A stretch of DNA of 63,659 nt, filler included, from Octopus bimaculoides (taxonomy: Eukaryota): the NCBI RefSeq assembly GCF_001194135.2. It is 5 parts of 5 records of this genome, joined end to end, with 100 filler letters (N's around TTAATTAATTAA, not from the genome) between each part and the next. Parts side by side here need not be neighbours in the genome. Positions count along the whole stretch, not along the records: positions 1 to 21,254 come from NC_069008.1; positions 21,355 to 38,382 come from NC_069005.1; 3 more parts are not named here. One strand, 5' to 3'. Under the pieces are notes generated by a model that saw nothing but the letters and a program-made list of their open reading frames with translations, made no database searches and was not told the origin of the DNA. The translations under genes were made by a program, and so were the position numbers. This document shows, piece after piece, positions 12,976 to 24,651 of this stretch. How positions within the stretch are numbered: position 1 is the stretch's first letter; every line of letters starts with the position of its first letter.

Positions 12976-13757
12976 GGTGGTGATGCCAACGACAATTATA
13001 GCAACATGTATCTAGGACTACATTCTTCTAATGTATTCCTTAATTGCCATTGTTGCTCAGTTCTTGTCAATCGTCCATTCCTGAAAACAGAAATCCAACC
13101 ACGACCACCTCATGCAAATCTAACTTTCAAATCCAATTGCACTGAACAACATTTCACAACGAATTCCATTCTACAGACCCTCACCCCACCCCACCCCGCC
13201 GTTTTAAAATTAAAATCCGAAGCCACAGGGAGTCATTCCAGAGGGGGTGTGTGTGGGGGGTGGGGAGAAATTCTGTCGTTAATTCTTCCAGCTCAAGCAG
13301 ACGTCCCCTCCTCACTTCCTCTCTCTTGTGTTGCGCCATGGATGGAGCAGGGCAGTGTTTTTAGATGTTAATTCTCAGTCTACATGTGTTTATTTCGTTT
13401 GGTTCCGCCCCACCAAACCCTTCCACCCCCCGATTAGGTGATATTATTATCCAAGACACAGAATTTGTTATGAATTTCAGGTTGGAAAACATCGAGAGGC
13501 AAACAAGCGAGACGAATGTATCAGGTTTCGGGGCCCCTCGAGGGTTCCGTTCACTTCGGCGCTGGTGTATTAACAACTTCTGGAGAGGGTGTTAACCTAA
13601 ATATGACGACCGTTTAAAGATTTAACGAAATTGTAAACGGGTATTTTGTTTCGAAACCCGGGTAGGTACAGACGCCGGGTGGGGGTTGGGGGTGGAAAGT
13701 CGGGGTGCATGCCAAAGTTTTGCACAGTACTTGTACAACTCTCTATGCGCGCGCGCG

Positions 13758-13791
<34 letters not shown>

Positions 13792-13876
13792 TGTAATACA
13801 GGTATAAGATGTCAGTGTGCGCATGCTAATATATATACATGTTTGTGTATATAAGGTATATATCAAAACTATAAAT

Positions 13877-13920
<44 letters not shown>

Positions 13921-13921
13921 C

Positions 13922-14302
13922 GTGGCACTCTGTCGGTTGTGACGTCAAGAGTCCCAGTTGACACGATCAGTGGAACAGCCTGCTTGTGAAATTAACGTGC
14001 AAGTGGCTGAGTACTCCACAGACACGTGTACCCTTAACGTAGTTCTCGGGGATATTCAACGTGACACAGAGTGTGACAAGGCTGGTCCCTTTGAAATACA
14101 GGCACAACAGAAACAGGAAGAAAGAGTGAGAGAAAGTTGTGGTGGAAGAGTACAGCAGGGTTCGCCACCATCCCCTGCCGGAGCCTCGTGGGGCTTTTAG
14201 GTGTATTCGCTGAATAAGCACTCACAACGTCCGGTCTGGGAATCGAAACTGCAATCCTATGACTACAAGTCGCTGCTCTAACCACTGGGCCATTGCGCCT
14301 CC
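13922..14302 (-). mobile_element. tRNA-derived SINE family B, near full length
   Basis: Minus head GGAGGCGCAATGGCCCAGTGGTTAGAGCAGCGAC with B-box GTTTCGATTCC; homologous to 33.5k, 37.4k and 42.8k. Confidence 0.85.
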
Positions 14303-14897
14303 ACACATATATTTATATACATACATATATATTATATAAATATATATATATATATACATATACATATACATTCATACATATATGCACGCACACACACACA
14401 CACACTAATACATATACATATGTATATAAATATACCACAGGCTTCTTTCAGTTTCCGTCTGCCAAATCCACTCACCAGGTTTTATGCTTTAAATACATAC
14501 TCACGCAGTAGCACACACGCACACACGCACACACACCTATACACACACGCACATTTGTTTTGAAAGCAGTCAAGGGGATCTCTTTCCAGCAGCATCCACC
14601 CCTGTCCTCTACCCTTGTTAATGTACCCGGGTTTTAAGGGTATTACTGAACACAAGGCTATATAAACATGTGTATACAAACGTGTGTGTGTGTGTGTATG
14701 AATGTGTATGTATATGTGTTTGTATACATGTCTATATTTCTATATTTATGTCTTTTTTTATGTTGCCAGCATGCGTGTAAGTTAACTAAATACACACGCA
14801 TACACGCATATATACATACATGTATAATGATATACATATGTGTATATATACATATATGCGTATATACACATATATATGTATATAAATATATATAGAA

Positions 14898-14933
<36 letters not shown>

Positions 14934-14952
14934 GCACATATGTATGTGTGTG

Positions 14953-14997
<45 letters not shown>

Positions 14998-15455
14998 GCA
15001 CACACATATGTATATATATGTGTACACAAACACACATACATATATACATACATACACACACATATACATATGTATAAAATTAAATATGTGTGTGTGTATT
15101 AATTCTTGTTAATGTGTATGTGTTGCCGTCGTTTCTGCGATAATTTCCCTGGCTTTTTGCAGTGAAGTTATTTTAATCAGATATTTAGATAAGAATCGGT
15201 AACTATATACAGAGTAAGTGTATATATGTACACACACATACGCACATACACACGTCTGTGTGTGTATTTATGTATGTGTATATATACATATGTACATACA
15301 CAGTCAGTATGTAGACCACTGAAGAGATATTCTTAACATTTAATGACACAAAAACTCGTTTATTTATTTACTCAATGAATTTCTTTCTTAAAAGTTAATG
15401 TCTACGTCGTACTTTCCTGACCTGGTCACTGACACACTTGCAGTCAGGGTGTTTG

Positions 15456-15524
<69 letters not shown>

Positions 15525-15585
15525 CATCAGCATCATTATATACATGTGTCTGGATAGTTGAATATATATATATATATATATATAT

Positions 15586-15780
15586 GGGAGAATGTACGAA
15601 AAAACAACAACAACAGACGAGGACAGGTGGTGTAAACAACAAAAGGATGTATTAGTTTGACGCTCGGAAATAAAGAAAGTCTTTAACGTTTCGAGCCACG
15701 CTCTTCAACAGAAAGAATACGGAGAGAACAAGGAGAAAGACACGGAGAAGAAAAAAATTGAATGGTGTTTGGTCAACGAT
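15586..15780 (-). mobile_element. Hammerhead-carrying repeat, copy 2
   Basis: Homologous to 8867-9045; begins after (TA)n. Confidence 0.6.
15680..15716 (-). ncRNA. Minimal type I hammerhead ribozyme-like motif (A6U variant), copy 2
   Basis: TCTTT-CTGTTGA-A-GAGC(GTG)GCTC-GAAAC-GT-T-AAAGA: 5-bp stem I. Confidence 0.5.
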
Positions 15781-16299
15781 CTATCATTGAAGGCACGCAT
15801 TAAGCTATAAAGAATTGCTGGTAAAAACAAAGAAAGAGTGAAAGGTTGTCCATGGTACTCGAACTCGAATCTCCTGTAATCGTGACAGGCTTTCTACCAT
15901 TGGACCAAAGCAATCCTTTGAATTTCTCTCTCCACTTTAGACATTTTATTCTTAACACCGACAATCGTATGTTGTTGATGTCAAAACAATTTTTCAATGA
16001 ACTTTCAAGAAAACCTGAAGTAATTGTTATGTGGAATATCTTAAAATTGCTTTGGTCTAATGGTAGAACATCTCTCATGTCTACAACAAATGTAGGTTTC
16101 AGTCCCAAATGCTGTTATTTATCACATTTTGTGGTGCTTTGAGATATTTCAGGACAGAATTATTTCTTGTTCTCTTACAAGTTCATAAAAGAATTCTTAT
16201 GGCAATTACCCTTCTTATTCAGGGGTCATTCTTATGCAATGTTACTTGGTGATGTCTCCAGTGCTGGGGGGCAGAGCCACATAAAAAAACAACTAGTAA

Positions 16300-16452
16300 A
16301 CTCTGTAAAGTGGTGGGCGTCAGGAAGGGCATCCAGCTGTAGAAACCTTGCCAAAAGAGACAGCAAAGTTTGGTACAGTCATCTGGTGTGCCAGTTCCAG
16401 TTAAACCATCCCACCTATGTCAGCATGGAAAATGGATGTTAGATGAGGATGA
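16300..16452 (+). mobile_element. Family D repeat (RTE-type 3' tail)
   Basis: GGGCGTCAGGAAGGGCATCCAGCTGTAGAAACC...CATGGAAAATGGATGTTAGATGAGGATG. Confidence 0.75.
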
Positions 16453-16591
16453 AGATGTTATATATATATATGTGTGTGTATATACATATGTACATGTGTG
16501 TATATAGATGTATATACACGTATACACACAAGCAGACATGTATACAAATACAAACACACACACACATGAACAGACATGTGCACATACATAC

Positions 16592-16624
<33 letters not shown>

Positions 16625-16660
16625 CACAAACACACAATTACATGTATATATATATGTATA

Positions 16661-16710
<50 letters not shown>

Positions 16711-16994
16711 TAGTAATGAGATTAGCCACAGTCAAAAAGGAAATCTTTAAGACATGGAATTTGTAATACAGTTATAATTCAATAAAGAAATTCTTTACAG
16801 AAGACACGTCTATACACACACAAACACGCGTGCGCACGCACACACACATACACACACAAACAAACACACACACACACACACACACACAGAGATATATGTG
16901 TGAGTGGGGATGGGTGGATAATTCATTTGTAAAATCTATCAAAGCGCTCTTTGATAAACTTTATCAAATGAAACATTTATGGGTCTGTAGATAT

Positions 16995-17084
<90 letters not shown>

Positions 17085-17129
17085 TTTATACATATATAAA
17101 TGGATATATATCTGCATAGGCAAACACAA

Positions 17130-17164
<35 letters not shown>

Positions 17165-17369
17165 CACATTCACGCATATATTTAAGTAGACAGTGCCACA
17201 CAATCTGACTGCCGACCGTTGCAATGAAGCAAGACAAACTCCATATCAGAGTGGTGTTGGAGGTGGTGGTCATGGCTGGACCTCTGTCTAATAATCTCTA
17301 TTTTGTTTCTTTTACTCATTAAATTTCCTTTTTCCTCCCCTCCCTGCTCCTCTTGTGACACTCAGACCC

Positions 17370-17552
17370 CTCTTCTGGTGCTCTAGAATTTACCAGATCT
17401 TGCCTCTCACACCTACCCGACAATGTCATTCTAAAAATAAGCAATCACATCATTGAACTCTCAAAGCTATGAGATAATCCATGTTTAACTGAAAACAATG
17501 TGGATAAATAAGGATTACATTTGACAGAGTAATCTGGGTATTAAAGGATTAA
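17370..17552 (-). mobile_element. Degenerate copy of the piggyBac-like MITE family
   Basis: Reverse complement TTAATCCTTTAATACCCAG...TTATCCACATTGTTTTC resembles 23099-23319. Confidence 0.5.
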
Positions 17553-17653
17553 ATCAATAAATATTGATTTGCTTAGATGTAAAAGAGTCCCTGGAAAGGG
17601 AGGAGGGTCACCTGGCGCGATAACAGTTATTTCATTGACAAAATATGACTTAC

Positions 17654-18102
17654 CTGAGAAAAATTAAGCTCGTTAAGTGGAACACACTGTTCTTCAACTT
17701 TCTCCACGGCACCATTGATTTTATTGAGTCGTTCGGCCTCCTGTGCCAGGTACAGATCCAAGACAGGCACACCTCGAGCCTTGATATCACTTTCAGTCAA
17801 CGAGTTCACCATAAGCATTATCCAGACGGGTCTCTTTCTTTCCCAATTGCCAGCAATGGCATTGAATAAATAATCCGCGTAGAGGCCGCGTCCTTTCTGG
17901 TCGTCGGTTAGCCATTCGGGCATCATAAACTTGATGTAATCCAAATGCTTTTTCAGTCTTTGGTAAATATCTCGGGGCAAAACATTGGAAAGATTCTCCC
18001 CATGTGGCAGCAGTTGGCATTTTGCTAGGGCTGAAATTGTGTAGGGGTCAGTAAGATCCAGTTCAAAGAAGACATAGTCTGCTTGTTTGAATGCCTCTTT
18101 TG
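17654..18102 (-). CDS. TRABD2: Internal coding exon (5' part lost in N gap) of Tiki/TRABD2-family Wnt-inactivating metalloprotease (TraB/GumN domain)
   Basis: Translates [55 protein letters not shown]...[32 protein letters not shown]...[14 protein letters not shown]...[13 protein letters not shown], closely matching vertebrate TRABD2A/B as recalled; ends at canonical donor CAG|GTAAGT (phase 0). Confidence 0.93.
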
Positions 18103-19844
18103 NNNNNNNNNNNNNNNNNNNNNNNNNNNNNNNNNNNNNNNNNNNNNNNNNNNNNNNNNNNNNNNNNNNNNNNNNNNNNNNNNNNNNNNNNNNNNNNNNN
18201 NNNNNNNNNNNNNNNNNNNNNNNNNNNNNNNNNNNNNNNNNNNNNNNNNNNNNNNNNNNNNNNNNNNNNNNNNNNNNNNNNNNNNNNNNNNNNNNNNNNN
18301 NNNNNNNNNNNNNNNNNNNNNNNNNNNNNNNNNNNNNNNNNNNNNNNNNNNNNNNNNNNNNNNNNNNNNNNNNNNNNNNNNNNNNNNNNNNNNNNNNNNN
18401 NNNNNNNNNNNNNNNNNNNNNNNNNNNNNNNNNNNNNNNNNNNNNNNNNNNNNNNNNNNNNNNNNNNNNNNNNNNNNNNNNNNNNNNNNNNNNNNNNNNN
18501 NNNNNNNNNNNNNNNNNNNNNNNNNNNNNNNNNNNNNNNNNNNNNNNNNNNNNNNNNNNNNNNNNNNNNNNNNNNNNNNNNNNNNNNNNNNNNNNNNNNN
18601 NNNNNNNNNNNNNNNNNNNNNNNNNNNNNNNNNNNNNNNNNNNNNNNNNNNNNNNNNNNNNNNNNNNNNNNNNNNNNNNNNNNNNNNNNNNNNNNNNNNN
18701 NNNNNNNNNNNNNNNNNNNNNNNNNNNNNNNNNNNNNNNNNNNNNNNNNNNNNNNNNNNNNNNNNNNNNNNNNNNNNNNNNNNNNNNNNNNNNNNNNNNN
18801 NNNNNNNNNNNNNNNNNNNNNNNNNNNNNNNNNNNNNNNNNNNNNNNNNNNNNNNNNNNNNNTATATATATATATATATATATGTATATTTTTATATATG
18901 ACGTTGACCACTAATGTGGACATTTAATGTGCTAGAAATAGATCACATCTTGTGTCTAAAAATACCTAAATTGTTCTTAACATGAAATATAGCGTGATAC
19001 CAAAACGTAAGCGGGCAAGACATTTAAAATCACCGAAAAGGAACATAATGAAACAGGTACCGGTTTCAAATTTAACGAATCTTACCGACTGTCTATTTCT
19101 CTACAGCCTGATTTGTAATGGAACCATAATCATCAGAACCCCATATATATATATTCCCTAATGAGAAGGTTACAATTTTAATATCAAAGATCCCTATGAA
19201 TCACACAGGTTGTAATCCTTTGAAACATATGTAGGAATAAAGTATACAATTATAACATGCGTTTTCTGCAATCCTTAAATTCTTAAATATACTCAAATAC
19301 TCAAAATTTCAAGGAGTTCCTGCCTTAAAAACAGGAACTAAACCACAGTTATTTTGTGTTCTTTGCTACATTGGTTTCTCTTAACCCATTTATTCTATCA
19401 GAAGAATTTTTATTCATTAAGATAGAAGAAATACACATAATTATATATATATATATATACGCACACATACATATATGTATATACAGATATATATATATAC
19501 ATATACACACATACATATACATATGCACATATATATACATGCATATAGACAGGCAGCTAACAGTCCCCCCTCCCATGCCCCCCCCGTAGCCAAATGACAG
19601 ATAAACAAGTTGGATGAAAGAATAAACAAAATCTTCTCAGTTGTGTTTAGAGAAGAAATTGAATCCTTAAAATATATTTTCTTGGGAATATGAACTCCCT
19701 AATGACTTGTTTTAACCTTTGTTGGTACCGACCAGGCTGGAGCCATTCTCCTCCTGATTCTATTGTACAAACTTCCGGTCATAAAATAATCTTAATGAAA
19801 TCTTTCCATTGAAATGAATTTATGTTCCAAACACCAGCTTTATA

Positions 19845-20180
19845 ATCTGTTTCTTTTACTTGTTTCAACCATTAGACCGTGGCCAAGCTGGGGCACTACC
19901 TTGAAGAATTTTTTGTTGAACAAATCAACCCCGTTACTTTTTTTGTTTTGTTTTGTAAGCCTGGCATTTGTTCTATCAGCTTCTTTTGCTGAACAGCTAA
20001 GTTGTAGGGACATAAACACACCAACACCGGTTGTCAGAGGGTGGTGGAAGACAAACAAAAGACACGCACACGTACACACACATATGCATACATACAAACA
20101 CGTGGGGCTTCCTTCAGTTTCCATCTACTAAACCCACTTACAAGGCTTGGGATGCCCCAAGGTTATACTAGACACTTGCC
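19845..20180 (-). mobile_element. SINE family A, degenerate
   Basis: Tail TTGTTTCAACCATTAGACCGTGGCCAAGCTGG and body CTTCAGTTTCCATCTACTAAACCCACTTACAAGGC. Confidence 0.7.
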
Positions 20181-20569
20181 CTTCTATATTCGTCATTATT
20201 TTTTCAAAATTAATTAAAACAAATGCTGTGAAGGTGCACTCCATCGATTACGATGATTAGGGTCCCGACTGATACGATCAATGATACGATACCTACCAGT
20301 ATCCCACAATGCATTACTGACCCACAGTCTGTTTCCTGTGGCAGGAATCACATCAATATCTTAATTACTCAGTCGAGCACTTTATATAACTTATACAACC
20401 GTGCACTTCCTTGAAAGCGAGACAATACTTCAGCTTCACAATACCCAGCCATGACCCCTACCTCAGATACTTTGCCCCCCACTACTTAGTCAAGGGCTTT
20501 CATATCTTTTTCGTGTTCTTTTCTAATCTTGCAAGATATTTGGTGACCTCACTAATGCTGGTGCCACAT

Positions 20570-20720
20570 GAAAAGTACCCAGAACATACTTTAACATCCA
20601 GCCATAGAAACCACACCAAATCTGACATTGGAGCTTGATGCAGCTCTGCAGATCATTGGTTCTTGTCAAAACATACAACCCATGCCAGCATGGAAAGCAG
20701 AAAACAGATGTCAAAGGACA
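20570..20720 (-). mobile_element. Family D repeat, degenerate
   Basis: CATCCAGCCATAGAAACC...CAACCCATGCCAGCATGGAAAGC (orientation judged from similarity, less certain). Confidence 0.5.
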
Positions 20721-21108
20721 ATGATGAATGTATATATGTGTGTGTGAGAGAGAGTGAATGCGTGTATATTTGTATTTTGTTGTCTTGGCATGTGATTTGA
20801 TCCCGCAATATCTCAAATCACAAACTACCACCAGAACTCCAAAAAGAAACAACGATCCACATCAATCGAAGCCAAAAGTGCACCATCGATTCCACCAGTC
20901 TCTCACCGTTGCATCAGGGTCGTTTGAAAGCCTTCATTAAACAGCCAGGGTTAAGGGGCAAAACATAAATCAGGTTGGCGTAAACGAGGCTGATAACATC
21001 GACTGACGGGGCTTCTTGGAAAGCATTCAGTGACAAACGACCTTCGATGTAACACCGCGGATGCTGCACAGATTCACGGCTTCAAATGAAACACCAAATA
21101 AATATAGC

Positions 21109-21144
<36 letters not shown>

Positions 21145-21254
21145 ATGCAACAGGTCGTGGATGGATTTGTGTTTGAAAAGTTTCAAAGTGACAGAAACAT
21201 TGATAAGCGAATGAGTTTACGTCATGATGTCATTTCAGATAAAGAGGAAAAGGG

Positions 21255-21354
21255 NNNNNNNNNNNNNNNNNNNNNNNNNNNNNNNNNNNNNNNNNNNNTT
21301 AATTAATTAANNNNNNNNNNNNNNNNNNNNNNNNNNNNNNNNNNNNNNNNNNNN
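21255..21354. other. Artificial scaffold linker 44N-TTAATTAATTAA-44N
   Basis: Identical 100-bp structure occurs four times; TTAATTAATTAA gives stops in all six frames. Confidence 0.95.
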
Positions 21355-21484
21355 CCCCGTTTCTTGTTTACTGCAAAACACCTTTTTCTGTCCCTCAATA
21401 CTACTCCCAACCTCAGTTGAGGACTCTTATCTTGCAAGTTACTTGGTGAACTCAATGCTGGTGGTGTCAACATAGATAGCATTC

Positions 21485-21508
21485 AGTACACTCTGTAAAG
21501 TGGTTGGC

Positions 21509-21546
<38 letters not shown>

Positions 21547-21672
21547 GGGCATTCTGACATGGAGACCATACCAAAGCAGACAGCAGAGCTTGGTGCTGTC
21601 TTTTCATTCGCCAATTCCTGTTGAACCATCTAGCTGATGCTGGCATGGAAAACGAATCTTAAACGATGATGA
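21485..21672 (+). mobile_element. Family D repeat interrupted by (AAT)n
   Basis: CTCTGTAAAGTGGTTGGC-(AAT)n-AAGGGCATTC...GCATGGAAAACGAATCTTAAACGATGATG. Confidence 0.6.
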
Positions 21673-21689
21673 TTCTGGCTCTCGTGCAA

Positions 21690-21990
21690 ATGTTTTGTCC
21701 CTTCCATGGTTCATATATAAGCACTGTTCTCACAGTCTCCACTCTAGCTTAATGTCTTGAGCATGTATTCCATTGATAGGTAAATCAAGATGCTAACCAT
21801 GATGGATAGCATAATGCCAAAGCTCATCACCTTCTCCAACATTGCTATATACTGCCCACTGATGTGACTAAGTCTAGCTCCAATCCAAGTGCAATATGCT
21901 GGCAGGTTTTAGTCCTGCACTAATAAACACAATCATCTCCAAGTACATCTCTATAGCTTTTTAGAACTCACAAACAGAAATACCAAATAT
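21690..21990 (-). mobile_element. Highly decayed RTE-like LINE coding remnant
   Basis: Minus frames give LGDD-like and VRTVLIYEPW (compare RTE VRSV-LYGSETW) with many stops. Confidence 0.35.
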
Positions 21991-22322
21991 CCATGGGCTA
22001 ACAACTTGTGAACCAGAGTTACCCTGGTGACACCACACTCTTGCTTCATTTTGTCAATCAGTTATAAATCTTAAATTTTTTATTTTCAAGAAACAACCTT
22101 CCTTAATCCATATACACCCATAAAAAAAATGAAGTCATAAAATGTCACTGTGTTTAGATTAAACGTTATGGTAAGCTTTCACAATCTGGAAGAGAAGGAC
22201 AGTATACAACTGTTAGCTACGGGTGTCGACTACCTTCTGAACATTTTATACGCTCAGTCAGATGCTTCCCAGTGAGTTTACATCCAAACAAGTAGGAGCA
22301 GGTTTTGCATTGCGTAAACACA

Positions 22323-22440
22323 ACAAGGCTTTGGTCGGCCCGAGGCTATAGTAGAAGACACTTGCCCAAGGTGCCACACAGTGGGACTGAACCTGGAACT
22401 ATGTTGTTGGGAAGCAAGCTACTTACCACACAACCACTCG
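22323..22440 (-). mobile_element. SINE family A head
   Basis: GGCCCGAGGCTATAGTAGAAGACACTTGCCCAAGGTGCCACACAGTGGGACTGAACC. Confidence 0.8.
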
Positions 22441-23098
22441 CAAACAATATATATATATATANNNNNNNNNNNNNNNNNNNNNNNNNNNNNNNNNNNNNNN
22501 NNNNNNNNNNNNNNNNNNNNNNNNNNNNNNNNNNNNNNNNNNNNNNNNNNNNNNNNNNNNNNNNNNNNNNNNNNNNNNNNNNNNNNNNNNNNNNNNNNNN
22601 NNNNNNNNNNNNNNNNNNNNNNNNNNNNNNNNNNNNNNNNNNNNATATATTTATTTTTTTTCTTCTCTCTATTTAGACTTTTTTCTTCTGACTTTGTACC
22701 TCTTGTATTTTTTCTCACCAACTAACCCATTTTCTTCAGTAGTTTTCCTACCATCCCTTGCGCCTTCCTTCCACCTTCATTACATTCACACAGATACTCT
22801 CCTATATATATATGCACATATCGCTCTACCTCCTCTTCGCTTCCCACACAAACACATCCCCACCTGGTCACTAAATCATTTGTTTTAAGCATTATACTGA
22901 TAACACCTTCATTACAACTTGTCCAACTCATTTTGTCTTTTTCTTACTTTTACTCATTACTTCTCACACACACACACCTTCAGTGTAATGAGGGGGGGGG
23001 GGCGACATCTGTAACCTTTATAAGATTGTATATATTGGACACTTTAACGATGAGGTTCCTGTCAGTCTTCTTTAGTCCATACAGAAATGATGCTTTAA

Positions 23099-23319
23099 CC
23101 CTTTAGTGTTCTCATTATTCTGCCAAAATTAATGCTTTTTTATCCACATTGTTTTGAACTAATCATGCATTATCTTGTAGCTATGAGATTTTGATGAGGT
23201 AGCTGTTAATTTTTGAAACAATATTGTAGGGTTGGTGTGAGAGTCCAGATCTGGCCAGTTTGAAGACCAAACAGGCAGAATACTTTTGGCCAGATATGGC
23301 CAGTTTAAATGCTAAAGGG
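23099..23319. mobile_element. piggyBac-like MITE, 221 bp
   Basis: TTAA|CCCTTTAG...CTAAAGGG|TTAA: terminal inverted repeats with TTAA duplication (23095-23098, 23320-23323). Confidence 0.85.
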
Positions 23320-23426
23320 TTAACCATAGCCATCTCTAGAAAAGCTAATGGACATACCCTAGATAGGCTTCAAAAAGACCTCATTTGCATCCTTGGCTCC
23401 ACTGGACTCAACATTACACTTTAGAG

Positions 23427-23758
23427 CAGACCTGGCCAACTTGAATTACATTGCAGGCCACTTTAATCACAGAGAGTTTATTGAGGGCCGCTTGTATACT
23501 GACAGAATTGAAAGCATTTTGCTTTCCCATGCTATTATTACAATAATGAATGAATGATCATTGATTCAACATGAAATATTATCATTTCAAAAACAGTAGT
23601 ATCTTTCTTTTTTTACTTTTCACTACAATCTTTAATTTTTGATAAAATTTTAAAAATGTTTGTTTAAATAAACCTACTTCAAGAAAGTATCAAGCAGACT
23701 GCAAGATAAAAGTCTGTGGGCTGCATGCGGCCCACAGGTCTCAGGTTGACCGGCCCAG
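23427..23758. mobile_element. hAT (Charlie-like) MITE, 332 bp
   Basis: Left end CAGACCTGGCCAAC, right end TGCATGCGGCCCACAGG...GTTGACCGGCCCAG; 8-bp TSD CTTTAGAG/ATTTAGAC (6/8 match). Confidence 0.65.
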
Positions 23759-24651
23759 ATTTAGACCAATCTTACCACTGTCAACTTTTTAAATGCTATG
23801 TTGGATCTGGGTACCTGTTCATACAGATCCTACTACAAACTAAACGAAAGATTTTTGTACATCAATATAGTCTCCTGCCACCCAACTATTGTGTTCAATA
23901 ACCTAGTGAAGGGTGCCAGCAACAGGATTTTGAACTTGTCCTCCAGTCAAGAAATTTTCGACACTGCAGCCCCCTATAACAATGAGGCTTTAGTGTTCAG
24001 TGGGTTTAAGGAAGACATCTGTCTCCTATATACCAGCCCCTTGCACCAGCAAAAGAAGTGCCACTGTAAAGTCATTTGGTTTGCCCCACCTTTCTCACTC
24101 AATGTCAAGATTTGTGTGGGAAGGATATTCCTTAGATTAATGGATAAACACCTCACAGTCACACAGATATGGAAGTTTGTATTACAGACACAATTTAAGC
24201 GTCTCTTTCACTTGAGCACCCAGCATTAAGAAAATATTAGTGAGCACTCCTAAGCCACAGGCAGAGGTAGGATGCTCATGTAGGGTATACAATGAATGCC
24301 CAGTGGGGGGTGGGGGGTCAATGCAATGCTGAGGGAGTAGTGTATGAGGCTGAAGAGGTGATAAGAACTGGCAACCAAAGTGGCAGAGTTGGCAACAAAA
24401 GAAGCAACAGCCCCAATGGCACATCTGCCAATAACAATCACAACAGCAACAGAAAATAGCAGTGGCAGCTACACCAGCAACATGTCAAGCGGCAGAGGCA
24501 GTAATACCAACAGTTATACCAGCAGCAGCATCAAAGCAGCTGGTAGTGGTGGCTACACCAGGATTGCATCCGGAAATAGCAGCAACGGCAGCAACAGTAC
24601 CTGTGACAGCACCTATGTTGGGCACAGCAGTGACTGCAGCAGTTAACAATG

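Larger units (their letters stand above)
22975..24370 (+). mobile_element. Penelope-like retroelement fossil (RT, thumb, Cys linker) interrupted by two MITEs
   Basis: Reconstructed peptide LYILDTL...PYRNDAL (YxDD-like)...DRLQKDLI...GLNITL*TNLTTVNFLNAMLDLGTCSYR...VIWFAPPFSLNVKICVGRIFLRLMDKH...CSCRVYNECPVGG-QCNAEGVVYEA matches the invertebrate PLE ORF layout. Confidence 0.8.

Noticed and set aside
12993-13080. Minus-strand acceptor TTCTGTTTTCAG as the next Tiki exon
   Set aside because: The phase-0 reading stops after EWTIDKN, and there is no similarity to the Tiki VxFALNQTL exon
20780-20900. Hydrophobic MVHFWLRLMWIVV as the Tiki signal-peptide exon
   Set aside because: In-frame stop after 22 codons and no convincing donor
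22722-22931. Possible second GIY-YIG remnant on the minus strand
   Set aside because: Motifs too decayed to support
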